Below, one piece after another: positions 9,376 to 19,225 of a DNA stretch of 64,000 nucleotides; position 1 is the stretch's first letter; every line of letters begins with the position of its first letter. The DNA comes from a virus (Duplodnaviria > Caudoviricetes), in IMG/VR virus record IMGVR_UViG_3300033075_000861, positions 1 to 64,000 of that record. One strand, 5' to 3'. Position numbers and translations under genes: made by a program. The notes below the pieces were generated by a model that saw only the letters and a list, made by a program, of their open reading frames with translations, was not told the DNA's origin and ran no database searches.

Positions 9376-9840
9376 TCAGAGGTCGCCGCCGAGCAGGCTG
9401 GTCGCGGTCATGACGATCAGGTCCAGGCTGGCCTTGAGGGAGTGCCCATCGCTCACCAGCACCAGCCGGTCGCCGGCACCGTTCCTCTCCATGAGTTCCT
9501 CGGAGTCGCCGCAGGGGACACGCTCGTCCTCAAAGCCGTGGATGACGTAGGTGGTGGGGCTGGGCAGGGTGGGTTCGGCTCCGACCATCTTCCAGGCCGG
9601 GGCCAGCAGCAGGACGGGCACGGTGGTCTTCAGGGCCATCGCCACGGCCCCGCCGGCACTTGAGCCGATCACCAGATCGACCCCGTCGAGGTGGGCCTTG
9701 GCGACCTCGACCGCCTTCTCATAGCCGTCACCGTGGGGCAGTTCAGGGTAGACGACTTCGTGCCCCAGCTTCTCCAGATCCTCGGTTCGGGGGCCAGGAC
9801 GCTTGCCGCCCAGGCCATGCAGATACAGTACCTTTGCCAT
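9376..9840 (-). CDS. alpha/beta hydrolase (YqiA/YcfP-like)
   Basis: YLHGLGG, IGSSAGG nucleophile elbow, IHGFED, DGHSL. Confidence 0.85.
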   Translation of the reverse strand: MAKVLYLHGLGGKRPGPRTEDLEKLGHEVVYPELPHGDGYEKAVEVAKAHLDGVDLVIGSSAGGAVAMALKTTVPVLLLAPAWKMVGAEPTLPSPTTYVIHGFEDERVPCGDSEELMERNGAGDRLVLVSDGHSLKASLDLIVMTATSLLGGDL

Positions 9841-9906
9841 GTTCTTGTTCTCCAACTCAGCCATCCATCTCGATTCCTCCGTCGCCGGCTTCCCTCCCAC
9901 ACCATT

Positions 9907-9935
9907 AACCTATCAGATTCTGTTGATGATGTCAA
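9907..9935 (-). promoter_or_regulatory. sigma70-like promoter
   Basis: TTGACA-N17-TAGGTT. Confidence 0.55.
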
Positions 9936-9962
9936 GGCTTCCCTAAGACCTGCCTAAGAAGA

Positions 9963-9989
9963 ACGCCCTGGGCAACCGGCCCAGGGCGT
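9963..9989 (-). terminator. intrinsic terminator
   Basis: ACGCCCTGGG-CCGGTTG-CCCAGGGCGT then TCTTCTT on the minus strand. Confidence 0.65.
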
Positions 9990-10021
9990 CACAATCGGCA
10001 CAGCCGGCACGGACCACTGCA

Positions 10022-10441
10022 CTACAGGGACGCCCAGACCCCCAGGATGCCCCTCGCCTTGGCGTCCATGAAGAGGTCGATGCTCGGCTGCCCGCCGATG
10101 ATGCTCGTCCCCTCGTCGCCGGGATGCTTCACGTCCTTGAACCGCTCCAGATAGGCCAGCCCCTTGCGGACCTCCTCGTCGGTCAGGCTGCGGGGGTCGC
10201 CGCTCTCGTTGTCGTGGCCGACGATGAGGATGTCGCCCAGGAAGCCGGCGGCGTTCTGCGGCAACGGCCCGCCGCCCGGCCCGCTGAACATGCCCTCCTC
10301 GTTGCAGACCACGTCCACGCCGTTGGGGCCGATGGGGACGACCTCGATGAAGCCGCCCACCGACTCGTTCATGAACTCGTAGGTGACCTCCACGTCCAGC
10401 ACGACGGGGTCTTCGCCCACCTTCTTCTTGATCACCTTCAT
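10022..10441 (-). CDS. DUF3846-like protein
   Basis: VGGFIEVV...VVCNEEG...GDILIVG. Confidence 0.7.
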   Translation of the reverse strand: MKVIKKKVGEDPVVLDVEVTYEFMNESVGGFIEVVPIGPNGVDVVCNEEGMFSGPGGGPLPQNAAGFLGDILIVGHDNESGDPRSLTDEEVRKGLAYLERFKDVKHPGDEGTSIIGGQPSIDLFMDAKARGILGVWASL

Positions 10442-10758
10442 CAGTAGCACCTCACCATGTTCCAGCATTCGGGGTCAGTTATCAGCTTAGGCCAGGGTTC
10501 CGCCGCGTCGAACTGGCGGGCCGTCCAGTCCACCAGCACGAAGCCGACGCGGGCCGCGTGGTGCGACAGCCCGTCCACCACGGTGTACTCCATCACCTCC
10601 CACTCCCACCGCCGGCACTTCTCCTCGATGAAGCCGTGGGCGATCAGGAAGTCGATGAACTCCCCCGACGCCTGGATGCACTTGTTCCTGGCACCATCGG
10701 GGGTCGAGTACTCCGGGTGGAGGACGGCGAACTTGTCGAGGGCCTCCTTGAAGGTCAC
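10441..10758 (-). CDS. small protein with a putative Cys-His-Asp (papain/transglutaminase-like) triad
   Basis: NKCIQAS...HHAARVG...VDWTARQF; GTG start after GGCGGTGG. Confidence 0.5.
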   Translation of the reverse strand: MTFKEALDKFAVLHPEYSTPDGARNKCIQASGEFIDFLIAHGFIEEKCRRWEWEVMEYTVVDGLSHHAARVGFVLVDWTARQFDAAEPWPKLITDPECWNMVRCY

Positions 10759-10970
10759 GGTCCCACCGCCTTTCGGACGTAGGCGAACGCCAGGATGCCG
10801 TTGATGTTGCAGGCGTCCCTCAGGATGGCCGCAGCACGCAGGGCACGCCCCTCGCCCTCGCCGGCGTCCTGCCACGCCATCAGGGCGTACTCCAGAAGGT
10901 CCGGGTCCGTGGCCCGGTTCAGGTCCATGTTGAGGCGGAACTGGGCGAGGGCCGTGTAGTCTTGCATCAT
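10755..10970 (-). CDS. hypothetical protein
   Basis: 71 aa, translationally coupled. Confidence 0.55.
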   Translation of the reverse strand: MMQDYTALAQFRLNMDLNRATDPDLLEYALMAWQDAGEGEGRALRAAAILRDACNINGILAFAYVRKAVGP

Positions 10971-11221
10971 CGCGGGTCCAGGGGGTTCACCTCAGCGACC
11001 TTGACGACCTTGCCGTCGAGGTTCGCCGTCAGCATGAAGATTAGACGCTTCGACCACCTCCCGTCCGGCACGTTGCCGCCGGCGATGGCCCACTGGAAGT
11101 CCTCGCCGGCGTACTCGACCGGCTTGAGGATATCCAGCTTGAAGGCCGGGACGTAGTTGGAGCAGGCTGCCTGGGCGGCAGCCTCATCGATCTGCTTGGT
11201 GATGGTCTTCGGCACGCTCAC
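10967..11221 (-). CDS. hypothetical protein
   Basis: GTG overlapping the upstream TGA, GGAGG RBS. Confidence 0.55.
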   Translation of the reverse strand: MSVPKTITKQIDEAAAQAACSNYVPAFKLDILKPVEYAGEDFQWAIAGGNVPDGRWSKRLIFMLTANLDGKVVKVAEVNPLDPR

Positions 11222-11589
11222 ACCTCCGTCAGCTTGGCGGCGGTCAGCCGGTTCATCCGCACCCGGTACTCGATCCACTCGCCCTTGTAGTCAGGGTGGT
11301 CCACCCGCACGATCTGGCCGCTCTGGCTGAACCGCAGGTCGATGCCCTGGTCCTTCAGTCCCTTCAGACCGTGGTAGGCCACGGTGTCGTTGTGCTGCAT
11401 GTCGGGGCACTTCGACCGCATCATCACGACCCGGTCGGACTCGGCCAGGGCTTCGTCCAGGGTCGGCCAGCGGTCGGTGATGAAGTAGAGCCGTTGCGTA
11501 TGCTTCGGCTCGTTGGGGTACTTGCCAGCCTCTTTGCTGATCCCGAACTCCTCCACCGTCAACCGAACCAGAGTCGCACCGCCAAGCAT
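11218..11589 (-). CDS. hypothetical protein
   Basis: 123 aa, GGAGG RBS, downstream of a promoter. Confidence 0.65.
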   Translation of the reverse strand: MLGGATLVRLTVEEFGISKEAGKYPNEPKHTQRLYFITDRWPTLDEALAESDRVVMMRSKCPDMQHNDTVAYHGLKGLKDQGIDLRFSQSGQIVRVDHPDYKGEWIEYRVRMNRLTAAKLTEV

Positions 11590-11617
11590 CGCAATTCCTC
11601 CAGGGGGTTACAGGGAC

Positions 11618-11645
11618 AGATTAGGCACGGTCCTTAGGCTGTCAA
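11618..11645 (-). promoter_or_regulatory. early-type promoter
   Basis: TTGACA-N16-TAATCT. Confidence 0.65.
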
Positions 11646-11863
11646 GCGACGGAAGACAAAGGTGTTGCCCAGGCCGCTGGTGACGCGGAGCCTGTCGCCG
11701 TCCTCGTGTAGGGCGTGCTGTGCAGGTCGTTGACCTCGCCGTCGTCGCTACCCCAGGTGAGGTAGAGGTTGCCGGCCTTGGCGGTGTACTCGTTCATGTC
11801 GGAACGATCCACCAGCGGGATGCCGGCGTCGGCCAGGGCCTTGATCAGATCGTCGTGCTTCAT
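11642..11863 (-). CDS. hypothetical protein
   Basis: 73 aa, GGAGAG RBS. Confidence 0.55.
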   Translation of the reverse strand: MKHDDLIKALADAGIPLVDRSDMNEYTAKAGNLYLTWGSDDGEVNDLHSTPYTRTATGSASPAAWATPLSSVA

Positions 11864-11895
11864 CGAATCTCTCCGGGGACAGGGTCACCACTATC

Positions 11896-11923
11896 ATCTT
11901 AGGCAAACGTCTTAGGGTGTCAA
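11896..11923 (-). promoter_or_regulatory. early-type promoter
   Basis: TTGACA-N16-TAAGAT. Confidence 0.65.
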
Positions 11924-11974
11924 GGTCACCCTAAGACGTTTTTGGCCTCTTCCTGCCGCCGGGGGTCTTCTGGG

Positions 11975-12121
11975 TCAGCCGAACAACCTCCAGACGACCC
12001 ACGGCCCGAGCGGACTGTGCATGATGTCGAAAATGCGTCCACGGAAGTAGACGCGGAAGACGTTGCCCGGCTGGCCCTGTCCGTCCAGCCGGGGTTCAAC
12101 CTCGGGAGTGAGATCGTACAT
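11975..12121 (-). CDS. small hypothetical protein (48 aa)
   Basis: MYDLTPEVEPRLDG...WRLFG; absent from the ORF track, fills a gap in the operon. Confidence 0.5.
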   Translation of the reverse strand: MYDLTPEVEPRLDGQGQPGNVFRVYFRGRIFDIMHSPLGPWVVWRLFG

Positions 12122-12124
12122 GCG

Positions 12125-12334
12125 TCACCAGAGTTTGTTGCCCAGGGTCAGGTAGATCCTGACCAGTTCCTCATCGGCCTTGAACACCTTGGCGTACCGC
12201 TGCTCCCGCTCCAGGGAGGCACGGATGCGGAACGCCTTGGCCCGGTCCTGGGTCACCGCGTAGGTGACCCACGGACCCTTCTGACCGAACTGCCCGTCGA
12301 AGTACTTGACGGCATAGTGCTGGGGCTGGTTCAC
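12125..12334 (-). CDS. hypothetical protein
   Basis: GTG overlapping the upstream TGA. Confidence 0.55.
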   Translation of the reverse strand: MNQPQHYAVKYFDGQFGQKGPWVTYAVTQDRAKAFRIRASLEREQRYAKVFKADEELVRIYLTLGNKLW

Positions 12335-13152
12335 GCCGTCACCCCCGCCAGTTCCGCCTTGTACTCCTCCAGCCGCTGTTTGGCCCTCGCGGCCTGGTGT
12401 TCGACCACGTCGCAGGAGCGGATGCAGCCGTCGAGGATGTACGCCGTGTCCTCGTCCAGCTTCTTGCCGGCGAACCGGGGCAGGTCCACGAAGTGCATCG
12501 GCGGCAGGTAGCCCAGGAGCATGAAGGCATGGCAGATGTCCCACGACAGGTCCATGCCGCCGCCGGTCAGGGCCAGCACCACGTTGCCGTGGACGCGGAC
12601 CAGGGCCACCGACCCGCCCTCGCGGTCGAGGAGCAACTGGTCGTCGCTCTCGTTGCCCCGGTAGTCGGGCAACGGGTAGTAGTAGTTCATCATGGGGCTG
12701 AACCGATCCGCCCCATCCTCCTGATAGTGGTCGTTGACCGCCTCGCGGTAGTCGTCCAGCCCGTCGATCTCCTCGTCGTTGATCGCCTCGATGACGCGGT
12801 CGAGCAGTTCCTCCCGCGTCACGTCGTCACAGAGGCCCGGCTCGTCCTCCGCACCCACGTCCTGATGGAACTTGTCGTCGCCCGGCTCGGCCAGGAAGTC
12901 GTCGGCCAGGCCGTTCTCCTTCAGGAGGTCGAAGAGTTGTTCGCTGTCCATCTCCCAGGGGTTGGGGTCGGGCAGGTCCACGCCGGCGTCGTCCAGCACT
13001 GCCTTGCACTGCTCGACGGTCAGGTCGCCGGCGGACGGGATGATCGTCTCCCACCCGTTGTCCTCGTCGCCGTAGCCGGACGACCAGTCGAACTTGACCG
13101 GCGTGACGTAGACGGAGTCGCAGTAGAGGGAATCGACGGGCTTGCGGGCCAT
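12331..13152 (-). CDS. acidic hypothetical protein
   Basis: Asp/Glu-rich; LTGGGMDLSW motif; GGAGG RBS. Confidence 0.75.
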   Translation of the reverse strand: MARKPVDSLYCDSVYVTPVKFDWSSGYGDEDNGWETIIPSAGDLTVEQCKAVLDDAGVDLPDPNPWEMDSEQLFDLLKENGLADDFLAEPGDDKFHQDVGAEDEPGLCDDVTREELLDRVIEAINDEEIDGLDDYREAVNDHYQEDGADRFSPMMNYYYPLPDYRGNESDDQLLLDREGGSVALVRVHGNVVLALTGGGMDLSWDICHAFMLLGYLPPMHFVDLPRFAGKKLDEDTAYILDGCIRSCDVVEHQAARAKQRLEEYKAELAGVTA

Positions 13153-13191
13153 GAGGCACCTCCTGGGTGGGGGTTTTCGGGTCACGCGAGC

Positions 13192-13219
13192 AGGTTAGGC
13201 GGGGGAGAGGGGCTGTCAA
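13192..13219 (-). promoter_or_regulatory. early-type promoter
   Basis: TTGACA-N16-TAACCT. Confidence 0.65.
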
Positions 13220-13233
13220 CCGTAGATAACGGC

Positions 13234-13554
13234 ATGCTGAAGAACTACTGGTACGACCTGGGGCACAAGGTGGTCGAGAACGAGGTGCTGATCTACGACC
13301 AGTCGGACGCGGCGACGGTCTTCCGCGACATGCCTCCCCGCTTCCCGATCATGGCGTGGGTGGACGACGACCTGAGGGAGGTCGGCCTGGTACACACGCT
13401 CAAGCTCATGGCTAAGTTGGGGGTCGAGGGCGTGATGAAGTGTGCCCGGCGATACCACAGGAGGAGGTACGAACTGAGCATCAACAAGAAGAGGCTCCAG
13501 CCCGTCTTCCGCAACGCACGCGAGAGCTACTGGCTGGTGGTCTTTGAGGACTGA
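13234..13554 (+). CDS. hypothetical protein
   Basis: MLKNYWYDLG..., 106 aa. Confidence 0.6.
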   Translation: MLKNYWYDLGHKVVENEVLIYDQSDAATVFRDMPPRFPIMAWVDDDLREVGLVHTLKLMAKLGVEGVMKCARRYHRRRYELSINKKRLQPVFRNARESYWLVVFED

Positions 13555-13555
13555 C

Positions 13556-14494
13556 ATGGACTACCTCAGGCAGGCCCAGGACTTCCTAAGCACCGCCGGC
13601 ATCGGTGACCCCGACGCCATTTACGAGCCGGGATCGACCACGTTCCTGTTCTACCAGGGCGAGTACGCCGAGGCCCCGCACCCCGTCTACCACCAGAGCC
13701 TCTTCTACAAGAACCGCGACATGGTCAGGGCGGTCAGGAAGAAGCTCAGGAAGATCGGTGCCCAGGACGACGAGATCAGCCGCGACCTGATGGTCTGGGC
13801 CGGCGTCCTCGTCGGCAGGCTGGCCCACGTCGATGGCTGGTACGCGGTCATGTTCTGGAACCCCAAGGTCAAGGACGCCGACCTCTACGAGTGCATCCAC
13901 GAACTGGTCCAGAACCACCCAGAGGTCGCCGCCTCCCCCGAGAGGACCGTCATCTTCTCCACCGACGAGGGCAACTTCCCCACCAAGACGCTCCTCGACT
14001 TCGGGTTCCGCCCGACCGGCAAGCCGGTCGAGCGGCCCCAGGACGAACCCCCCGAGTGCAGCAAGATCAACCCCGTCATCGACGGCAGGCCCTACCCCCT
14101 GAACACGATGATGGGCGACCTGCACATGGTCAGGGGCGAACGCCTGGCGAGGCACGCCGGCCAGTTCTGCGGCCAGATCCCCCAACTGAGGAGCCAGGCG
14201 GACAGGCTGGGCTGCAAGAACGCCGGGGACATGATCGATCACCTCGACCGGGCGTTCAAGTGCGGCGGCGACCCCAAGGCCCAGTGGGACCGTGCCCTCA
14301 GGGACGGCAGGGTCGAGAGGAAGCAGTGGCTCCGCTGGGCACTCCACCCGGACAACATCGACGCCCAGTTCAGGAGCCAGGCCGAGATCGACGCCGCCTG
14401 GAAGGAACTGATGGGCGAGGGGTTCGGCGTCTTCATGCGAACCGCCCTGAATGAGTGGCTGTATCGGCGGGGCAGGACGCTACATAGGGCATGA
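13556..14494 (+). CDS. hypothetical protein
   Basis: 312 aa ORF with phage-like codon usage. Confidence 0.75.
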   Translation: MDYLRQAQDFLSTAGIGDPDAIYEPGSTTFLFYQGEYAEAPHPVYHQSLFYKNRDMVRAVRKKLRKIGAQDDEISRDLMVWAGVLVGRLAHVDGWYAVMFWNPKVKDADLYECIHELVQNHPEVAASPERTVIFSTDEGNFPTKTLLDFGFRPTGKPVERPQDEPPECSKINPVIDGRPYPLNTMMGDLHMVRGERLARHAGQFCGQIPQLRSQADRLGCKNAGDMIDHLDRAFKCGGDPKAQWDRALRDGRVERKQWLRWALHPDNIDAQFRSQAEIDAAWKELMGEGFGVFMRTALNEWLYRRGRTLHRA

Positions 14495-14865
14495 AGACCT
14501 TCTGGGAATGGATGGGTGCCGAAGTACCCCAGGCACCTGTGGGTGCCCCCGGCGACAAGCCCTGGAGGGCCAAGAAAGAGGACGTGATCCGCCACTGGGG
14601 CCAACTCGTCCCGAACAAGCCCTTCGTCAACCTACGCATCATCCCCAACGACCACCGTGGGGCCACGCTCGGATTCGACGGCATCCGCGTCACCGGGTCC
14701 GCCGACTTCATCGACTCCATCCTGGCACGCCTGAAAGACCTGATGACCTACGAGGGTGCGGGGACCAGGCTTCAGGTAATCTACAAGCAGCAGTTCAACA
14801 CCAAGACCCAGGAACCTGTGCCCGATTCCTACGTCCTCTATCTGTCGATCAAGGAGCGGGAGTGA
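14491..14865 (+). CDS. protein with a capsid-targeting-like N-terminus
   Basis: MKTFWEWMGAE; CTACATA 4 nt upstream of the ATG. Confidence 0.7.
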   Translation: MKTFWEWMGAEVPQAPVGAPGDKPWRAKKEDVIRHWGQLVPNKPFVNLRIIPNDHRGATLGFDGIRVTGSADFIDSILARLKDLMTYEGAGTRLQVIYKQQFNTKTQEPVPDSYVLYLSIKERE

Positions 14866-14922
14866 GCTAGACTATATTAGTCTGGCGGAATCCCAGGGGA
14901 AAAGGAAAAGGACACGGTCATC

Positions 14923-15195
14923 ATGAAAGAATTTCTGGAAGGACTGGCTGAGATCCAGATCCGTATGGAGAAGATCGAGGCAAGACTTAGGGCAATCGAG
15001 TTGGTCACCGACCCGGACGCCCTGCAAGAGGCCGAGATCCTGCTGGAGAGGTATCACCAGCAAGTCATCAAGCTGGAGAACATGGTGTTGAGCAGGAAGG
15101 TGGCCTTGCTCCAACGCAAAGCCGAGGCCGTCGCTAATACGACGACCCAGACAGTATCTGAGGCCCCCCATGCTGACACCCCCGTATCAGCGTGA
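14923..15195 (+). CDS. coiled-coil hypothetical protein
   Basis: 90 aa heptad-like pattern. Confidence 0.6.
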   Translation: MKEFLEGLAEIQIRMEKIEARLRAIELVTDPDALQEAEILLERYHQQVIKLENMVLSRKVALLQRKAEAVANTTTQTVSEAPHADTPVSA

Positions 15196-16274
15196 AGTAC
15201 GACTACCTGATCTGCGGCTCCGGTCTGTTCGGGGCCGTTTTTGCACGCCAGGTGACCGACGCCGGCAAGACCTGTCTGGTGCTGGACCAGCGTGACCACG
15301 TCGCCGGCAACGCCTACACCCGCGAGGACGGCGGCATCAACGTCCACGCCTACGGACCTCACATTTTCCACACCAATTCGGATATGGTGTGGGGATACGT
15401 CAACCGCTTCGCCAGGTTCAACCACTTCGTCAACCGGGTCAAAACCTGGGCCAACCACACCCTCTACTCGATGCCCATCAACCTCTGGACCATCTATCAG
15501 GTCTACGGGGTCGCCACGCCCTGCCAGGCCGAGGCGGTGATGAGATTGGTCAGGAAACCCCCCGACGACACGAACCTTGAGACGTGGGCCATCAGCCAGG
15601 TGGGCGAGAAGATGTACCGCCTCCTCATAGAAGGCTACACCGCCAAGCAGTGGATGAGGGAGCCTAGGGATCTGCCCGCCTCGATCATCAAGAGGCTGCC
15701 GGTCAGGATGACCTTCGATGACAACTACTACGACCACCGCTACCAGGGCATCCCGGTGGGCGGCTACACCCGCATGGTCGCCTCCATGCTCGACGGAGTG
15801 AAGGTCGAACTGGGCACCAGCCTCATGTCGAACTGGCGGGACTACGCCAGAAAACTGGTTTACACCGGCAAGATCGATGAGTACTTCCTGCACTGCCACG
15901 GCGAGCTAGAGTACCGCACCTGCGACTTCCAAGAGGAGAAACTGAACGTCGCGGACTTCCAGGGCCAAGCTCAGATCAACTACGCGGACAGGGCAGTGCC
16001 CTACACGCGGATCATCGAACACAAGCATTTTGAGTTCGGCAAGCAGCCCCACACCGTCATCACCAGGGAATACCCAGTCGCCTGGGAGAAGGGCCGACTC
16101 CCCCTCTACCCGGTCAACGACGACCGCAACAAAGTGGCCTATGCAAAATACCACGCCCTGATGGAGAATGAGTCCGACGTGATCGCGGGAGGCCGTTTGG
16201 CTGAATACCGCTACTACGACATGGATCAAGTCATTGCCAGTGCCCTAACCAAGGCCAGGCAGGAGTTGACCTGA
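15192..16274 (+). CDS. glf: UDP-galactopyranose mutase
   Basis: GSGLFG FAD motif, HVAGNAY, HAYGPHIFHT, YQGIP, GRLAEYRYYDMDQ. Confidence 0.95.
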   Translation: MKYDYLICGSGLFGAVFARQVTDAGKTCLVLDQRDHVAGNAYTREDGGINVHAYGPHIFHTNSDMVWGYVNRFARFNHFVNRVKTWANHTLYSMPINLWTIYQVYGVATPCQAEAVMRLVRKPPDDTNLETWAISQVGEKMYRLLIEGYTAKQWMREPRDLPASIIKRLPVRMTFDDNYYDHRYQGIPVGGYTRMVASMLDGVKVELGTSLMSNWRDYARKLVYTGKIDEYFLHCHGELEYRTCDFQEEKLNVADFQGQAQINYADRAVPYTRIIEHKHFEFGKQPHTVITREYPVAWEKGRLPLYPVNDDRNKVAYAKYHALMENESDVIAGGRLAEYRYYDMDQVIASALTKARQELT

Positions 16275-16324
16275 TGCCCTGGAGACGCTGAGACACAAAG
16301 GAGCCGGCAGGGAACCTGCCGTGA

Positions 16325-16747
16325 GTGATAATGATTCACAGGATTGGGCTGGTCTTGGTGGTCATATTCCACATGCTGCTGATCATGGTGAACCTGATCG
16401 GCTTCTTCGTCCTGCCCTTCCTGTCCATGATCGTCCCGGCGATACCGTTCTGGCTGTCGGTGTTCTTAGTGTCCCCGCTGATGTGCATCATCGTCATCAT
16501 GGCCTTCAGCCGTGAGCCTTGCCCCATAACGCGGTGGGAGAACTACCACCGCGAAAGGCTCGGCCTGCCTGAGGTCAAGGGGTTTATCCGCTACTACTTG
16601 ATCAAGCAGAAATGGAGACGGCAAGGAGTCCAAGATGAGAACGGTCTACACGCTGACGGGCACGGTAGCCAGGGACGTGCCCTACCGGGACGCCGTGGGG
16701 GTGAGACAGGGGTATCGGATCAAAAAGGGCGAGCGGGTGATTTTTGA
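16325..16747 (+). CDS. DUF2784-like membrane protein
   Basis: Two TM helices followed by CPITRWEN...GFIRYY. Confidence 0.6.
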   Translation: MIMIHRIGLVLVVIFHMLLIMVNLIGFFVLPFLSMIVPAIPFWLSVFLVSPLMCIIVIMAFSREPCPITRWENYHRERLGLPEVKGFIRYYLIKQKWRRQGVQDENGLHADGHGSQGRALPGRRGGETGVSDQKGRAGDF

Positions 16748-17075
16748 GTTCCGCCACGGCAGGCAACTCGTCAACGCCACCAACGACACAACCGGCAAGA
16801 CGGAGACGGCCCACGCCGGCTTCTTCAAAAACGAGGTCGAGGACATCCGGGTCGTCCCGGTGGACGCCAACCCCAGCCTCTGGGAGTTCGCCCACGACGT
16901 GAGGCAGAACCGCTACGTCACCACCGAGGCCGAGGCCCTGGGTCGTCTGAGGATGCTCTTGGAGTTCGACTACGAGTTCCTCGACGCCGAGCTTGAGGGG
17001 TTCGTGGCCCAGTTCAACAAGGAAAAGGCCAATGGTGATCAAGATCGGGTGCCCGGTGACGAGCGAGTTCGGTGA
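16635..17075 (+). CDS. hypothetical protein
   Basis: 146 aa, GGAG RBS. Confidence 0.65.
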   Translation: MRTVYTLTGTVARDVPYRDAVGVRQGYRIKKGERVIFEFRHGRQLVNATNDTTGKTETAHAGFFKNEVEDIRVVPVDANPSLWEFAHDVRQNRYVTTEAEALGRLRMLLEFDYEFLDAELEGFVAQFNKEKANGDQDRVPGDERVR

Positions 17076-17089
17076 GGGCTAAGGAGGTG

Positions 17090-17533
17090 ATGATGCAGTT
17101 CGTGTACAAGAGGGACGGCGAAGAGTACGTCTACGCCGTGGACGGCGAGACGCGGTTCAGGGCTGAGGAGATCGCCATCGCCTACACTGAGCATGACTCG
17201 GACGAGCCGGTGCTGGCGACCCTGCACAAGCACGGCCCGGCGGACGCGGTTCAGGACTGGTACAGGGAGAAGAGGCCGGTCTTCGACCGCATCGGCTTCC
17301 GGCTGAAACTGATTTCGTCGTCCGAGTGGGACGCCGACGACCTCGACCGCTTCATCAACTGCACCGGCTACCTGGGCGTCTGGCTCAAGAGGCAGGGAAT
17401 CTACGAGGGTGCTGCCGTAGCTAACCATCATGAGCAACTACTACAGCCTTCTGGGGCTGGAGCAGGGTGCGACCGAAGCGGAGATCAAGAAGGCGTACCG
17501 GGAGATGGCACGGAAGTACCACCCGGATCGTAA
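17090..17533 (+). CDS. hypothetical protein
   Basis: ATG after AAGGAGGT; its 3' end overlaps the DnaJ-domain gene. Confidence 0.55.
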   Translation: MMQFVYKRDGEEYVYAVDGETRFRAEEIAIAYTEHDSDEPVLATLHKHGPADAVQDWYREKRPVFDRIGFRLKLISSSEWDADDLDRFINCTGYLGVWLKRQGIYEGAAVANHHEQLLQPSGAGAGCDRSGDQEGVPGDGTEVPPGS

Positions 17534-17831
17534 CCCAGGTGACAAAGGGGCCGAGGACACGTTCAAGCGTGTACAGGAAGCCTATGCCACCCTGTCTGAT
17601 CCAGTCAAGCGTGGCCCCTACGACTCCAAGCTGCCCAAGAAGAAGCCGGTCAAGCCCGGCAGGAAAGAGTCAAAGCCTTCCGTGGAGCGTACCCCCGGCA
17701 GCATGTCGGTGGCCGACGCACCGCCGTCGCCCGTTGACCTGTGGGGCCAGCCCATCAACCAGGCCCGCAACGGCTTCAGGGACACCTTCTCAGGGCAGTA
17801 CGAAAGCGGCGGTCAGCCCTCGATCCGCTGA
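17430..17831 (+). CDS. DnaJ (J-domain) protein
   Basis: NYYSLLG...[17 protein letters not shown] (HPD motif). Confidence 0.9.
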   Translation: MSNYYSLLGLEQGATEAEIKKAYREMARKYHPDRNPGDKGAEDTFKRVQEAYATLSDPVKRGPYDSKLPKKKPVKPGRKESKPSVERTPGSMSVADAPPSPVDLWGQPINQARNGFRDTFSGQYESGGQPSIR

Positions 17832-18106
17832 CGCACCTCTAGCCACTCGCGGAAGGACAGGAATCCCTCGTCCTTCCGCTTCTTCCTCTTCTTAGGCTTG
17901 TCCTCGTCCTCGTACTTCTTCTTTTTCCTCGGCGTGCCCGGTTCCAGGGTTGAATCGTCGGGCATCGGCTTGTAGTGTGGTTTGTTGCCCTTGTTCTTCA
18001 TCGACCAGGCCAGGGCATACGGGTTGTCGATCTCCGGGTGGCGTTGCAGCATTGCCTTGACGGTGCCGCTCCAGCCGGGGGGTGCTACTTCGTTGCGTCT
18101 CTCCAT
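17813..18106 (-). CDS. basic phage protein with a C-terminal SFREWLE motif
   Basis: [11 protein letters not shown]...[15 protein letters not shown]; Lys-rich. Confidence 0.7.
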   Translation of the reverse strand: MERRNEVAPPGWSGTVKAMLQRHPEIDNPYALAWSMKNKGNKPHYKPMPDDSTLEPGTPRKKKKYEDEDKPKKRKKRKDEGFLSFREWLEVRQRIEG

Positions 18107-18141
18107 GCCCGTAGCTAGAAGTTACACGGAAAATTACTTGC

Positions 18142-18170
18142 TTGACGGGGTGACCGAACCCGGCTAGAAT
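18142..18170 (+). promoter_or_regulatory. sigma70-like promoter
   Basis: TTGACG-N17-TAGAAT, 7 nt before the ATG at 18178. Confidence 0.65.
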
Positions 18171-18177
18171 CCTGACC

Positions 18178-18849
18178 ATGCAAAACGCCGCGACCACCCC
18201 TCTGGATCAGTTGCTTGTCGAGGTCGCCGCGAGGGCCGACGCCCGCAACGGCGAGGTCGTCCGCCGCGTCATCTCCTTCTGGGAAAACCCGGCCAACTGG
18301 GTGTCGGACTTCCCCGACATCGACCGCGACTACACGCCCGCCGTGGCGAAGTACCTGCGGGACCAGGCCGGCGAGAAGCGGTGCCGCTTCATGGCGATGG
18401 TTGACCAGGCCATCGGCCTGGACGATCAGGTCCAGAGGCACTACGACAAGATGTCGTGGAACCGCGAGTGGGAGTTGCGGCTGACCGAACTGGTGAGCCG
18501 CCGCTGGGCCACATGGACGGCCCTCGCGGACGGCAAGGCGGGACACGCCTGCGGCAGGTGCTACCAGTGCTTCGGCATCACCCACAACGGTCGCTCACTC
18601 ATCGCCTACGAGGAGATGATCAGGGACTACGTCGAGGAGATGAAGAACGCCGTCCACGACATCGCCCGCCCCCGCGACTTGCTGGAGAAGATCACGGTCA
18701 AGGTGGCTGGCGACCAGTGGCTTAGGGAGCGTCTCCCCGATGATCGAGGTGATACAGGCCGAGGTTCAGCGGAGGCTGACTCAGGACAACCACAAGGTGC
18801 TGGAGAGGGTGATCCGCCGAGCGGAGGCGGTGGCTGGTATATGCCATGA
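18178..18849 (+). CDS. hypothetical protein (CxxCxxC motif)
   Basis: 223 aa; HACGRCYQCF. Confidence 0.65.
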   Translation: MQNAATTPLDQLLVEVAARADARNGEVVRRVISFWENPANWVSDFPDIDRDYTPAVAKYLRDQAGEKRCRFMAMVDQAIGLDDQVQRHYDKMSWNREWELRLTELVSRRWATWTALADGKAGHACGRCYQCFGITHNGRSLIAYEEMIRDYVEEMKNAVHDIARPRDLLEKITVKVAGDQWLRERLPDDRGDTGRGSAEADSGQPQGAGEGDPPSGGGGWYMP

Positions 18850-19225
18850 GTCCGCCAGCCTGTACCTCGCCTACAGGAGGTGGCTCATCTGGCAGGGCTA
18901 CGGCAGCGTCTGCCGGGGCGATTCCTGTAACAGCCTGGTCATCCCGCCCCACCCTGAGTACGACTGTCACTTCCGGTGCCTGGGCACGGTGCTGGAAGAC
19001 CTGAAGTCGTGGGATTTGCGGAGGAAGATCAAGGGGGACTGCGGTTGTGTGGCCTGCGTGCTGCTGGAGCCTGTCCCTAAGCCCGTTAGGCCGTTTGAGT
19101 ACTGGCCCAACAGCTTGAACGTGGTGGGGTTCGTCACCAACTACGACGTGTTCCCCCTGTTCAACGCCGTGGAAGGAATCGCCTGGCTCTTCAAGGAGAT
19201 TGACCGTGAGCTTGAACCGACGTGA
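18740..19225 (+). CDS. hypothetical protein
   Basis: 161 aa, Cys-rich. Confidence 0.6.
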   Translation: MIEVIQAEVQRRLTQDNHKVLERVIRRAEAVAGICHESASLYLAYRRWLIWQGYGSVCRGDSCNSLVIPPHPEYDCHFRCLGTVLEDLKSWDLRRKIKGDCGCVACVLLEPVPKPVRPFEYWPNSLNVVGFVTNYDVFPLFNAVEGIAWLFKEIDRELEPT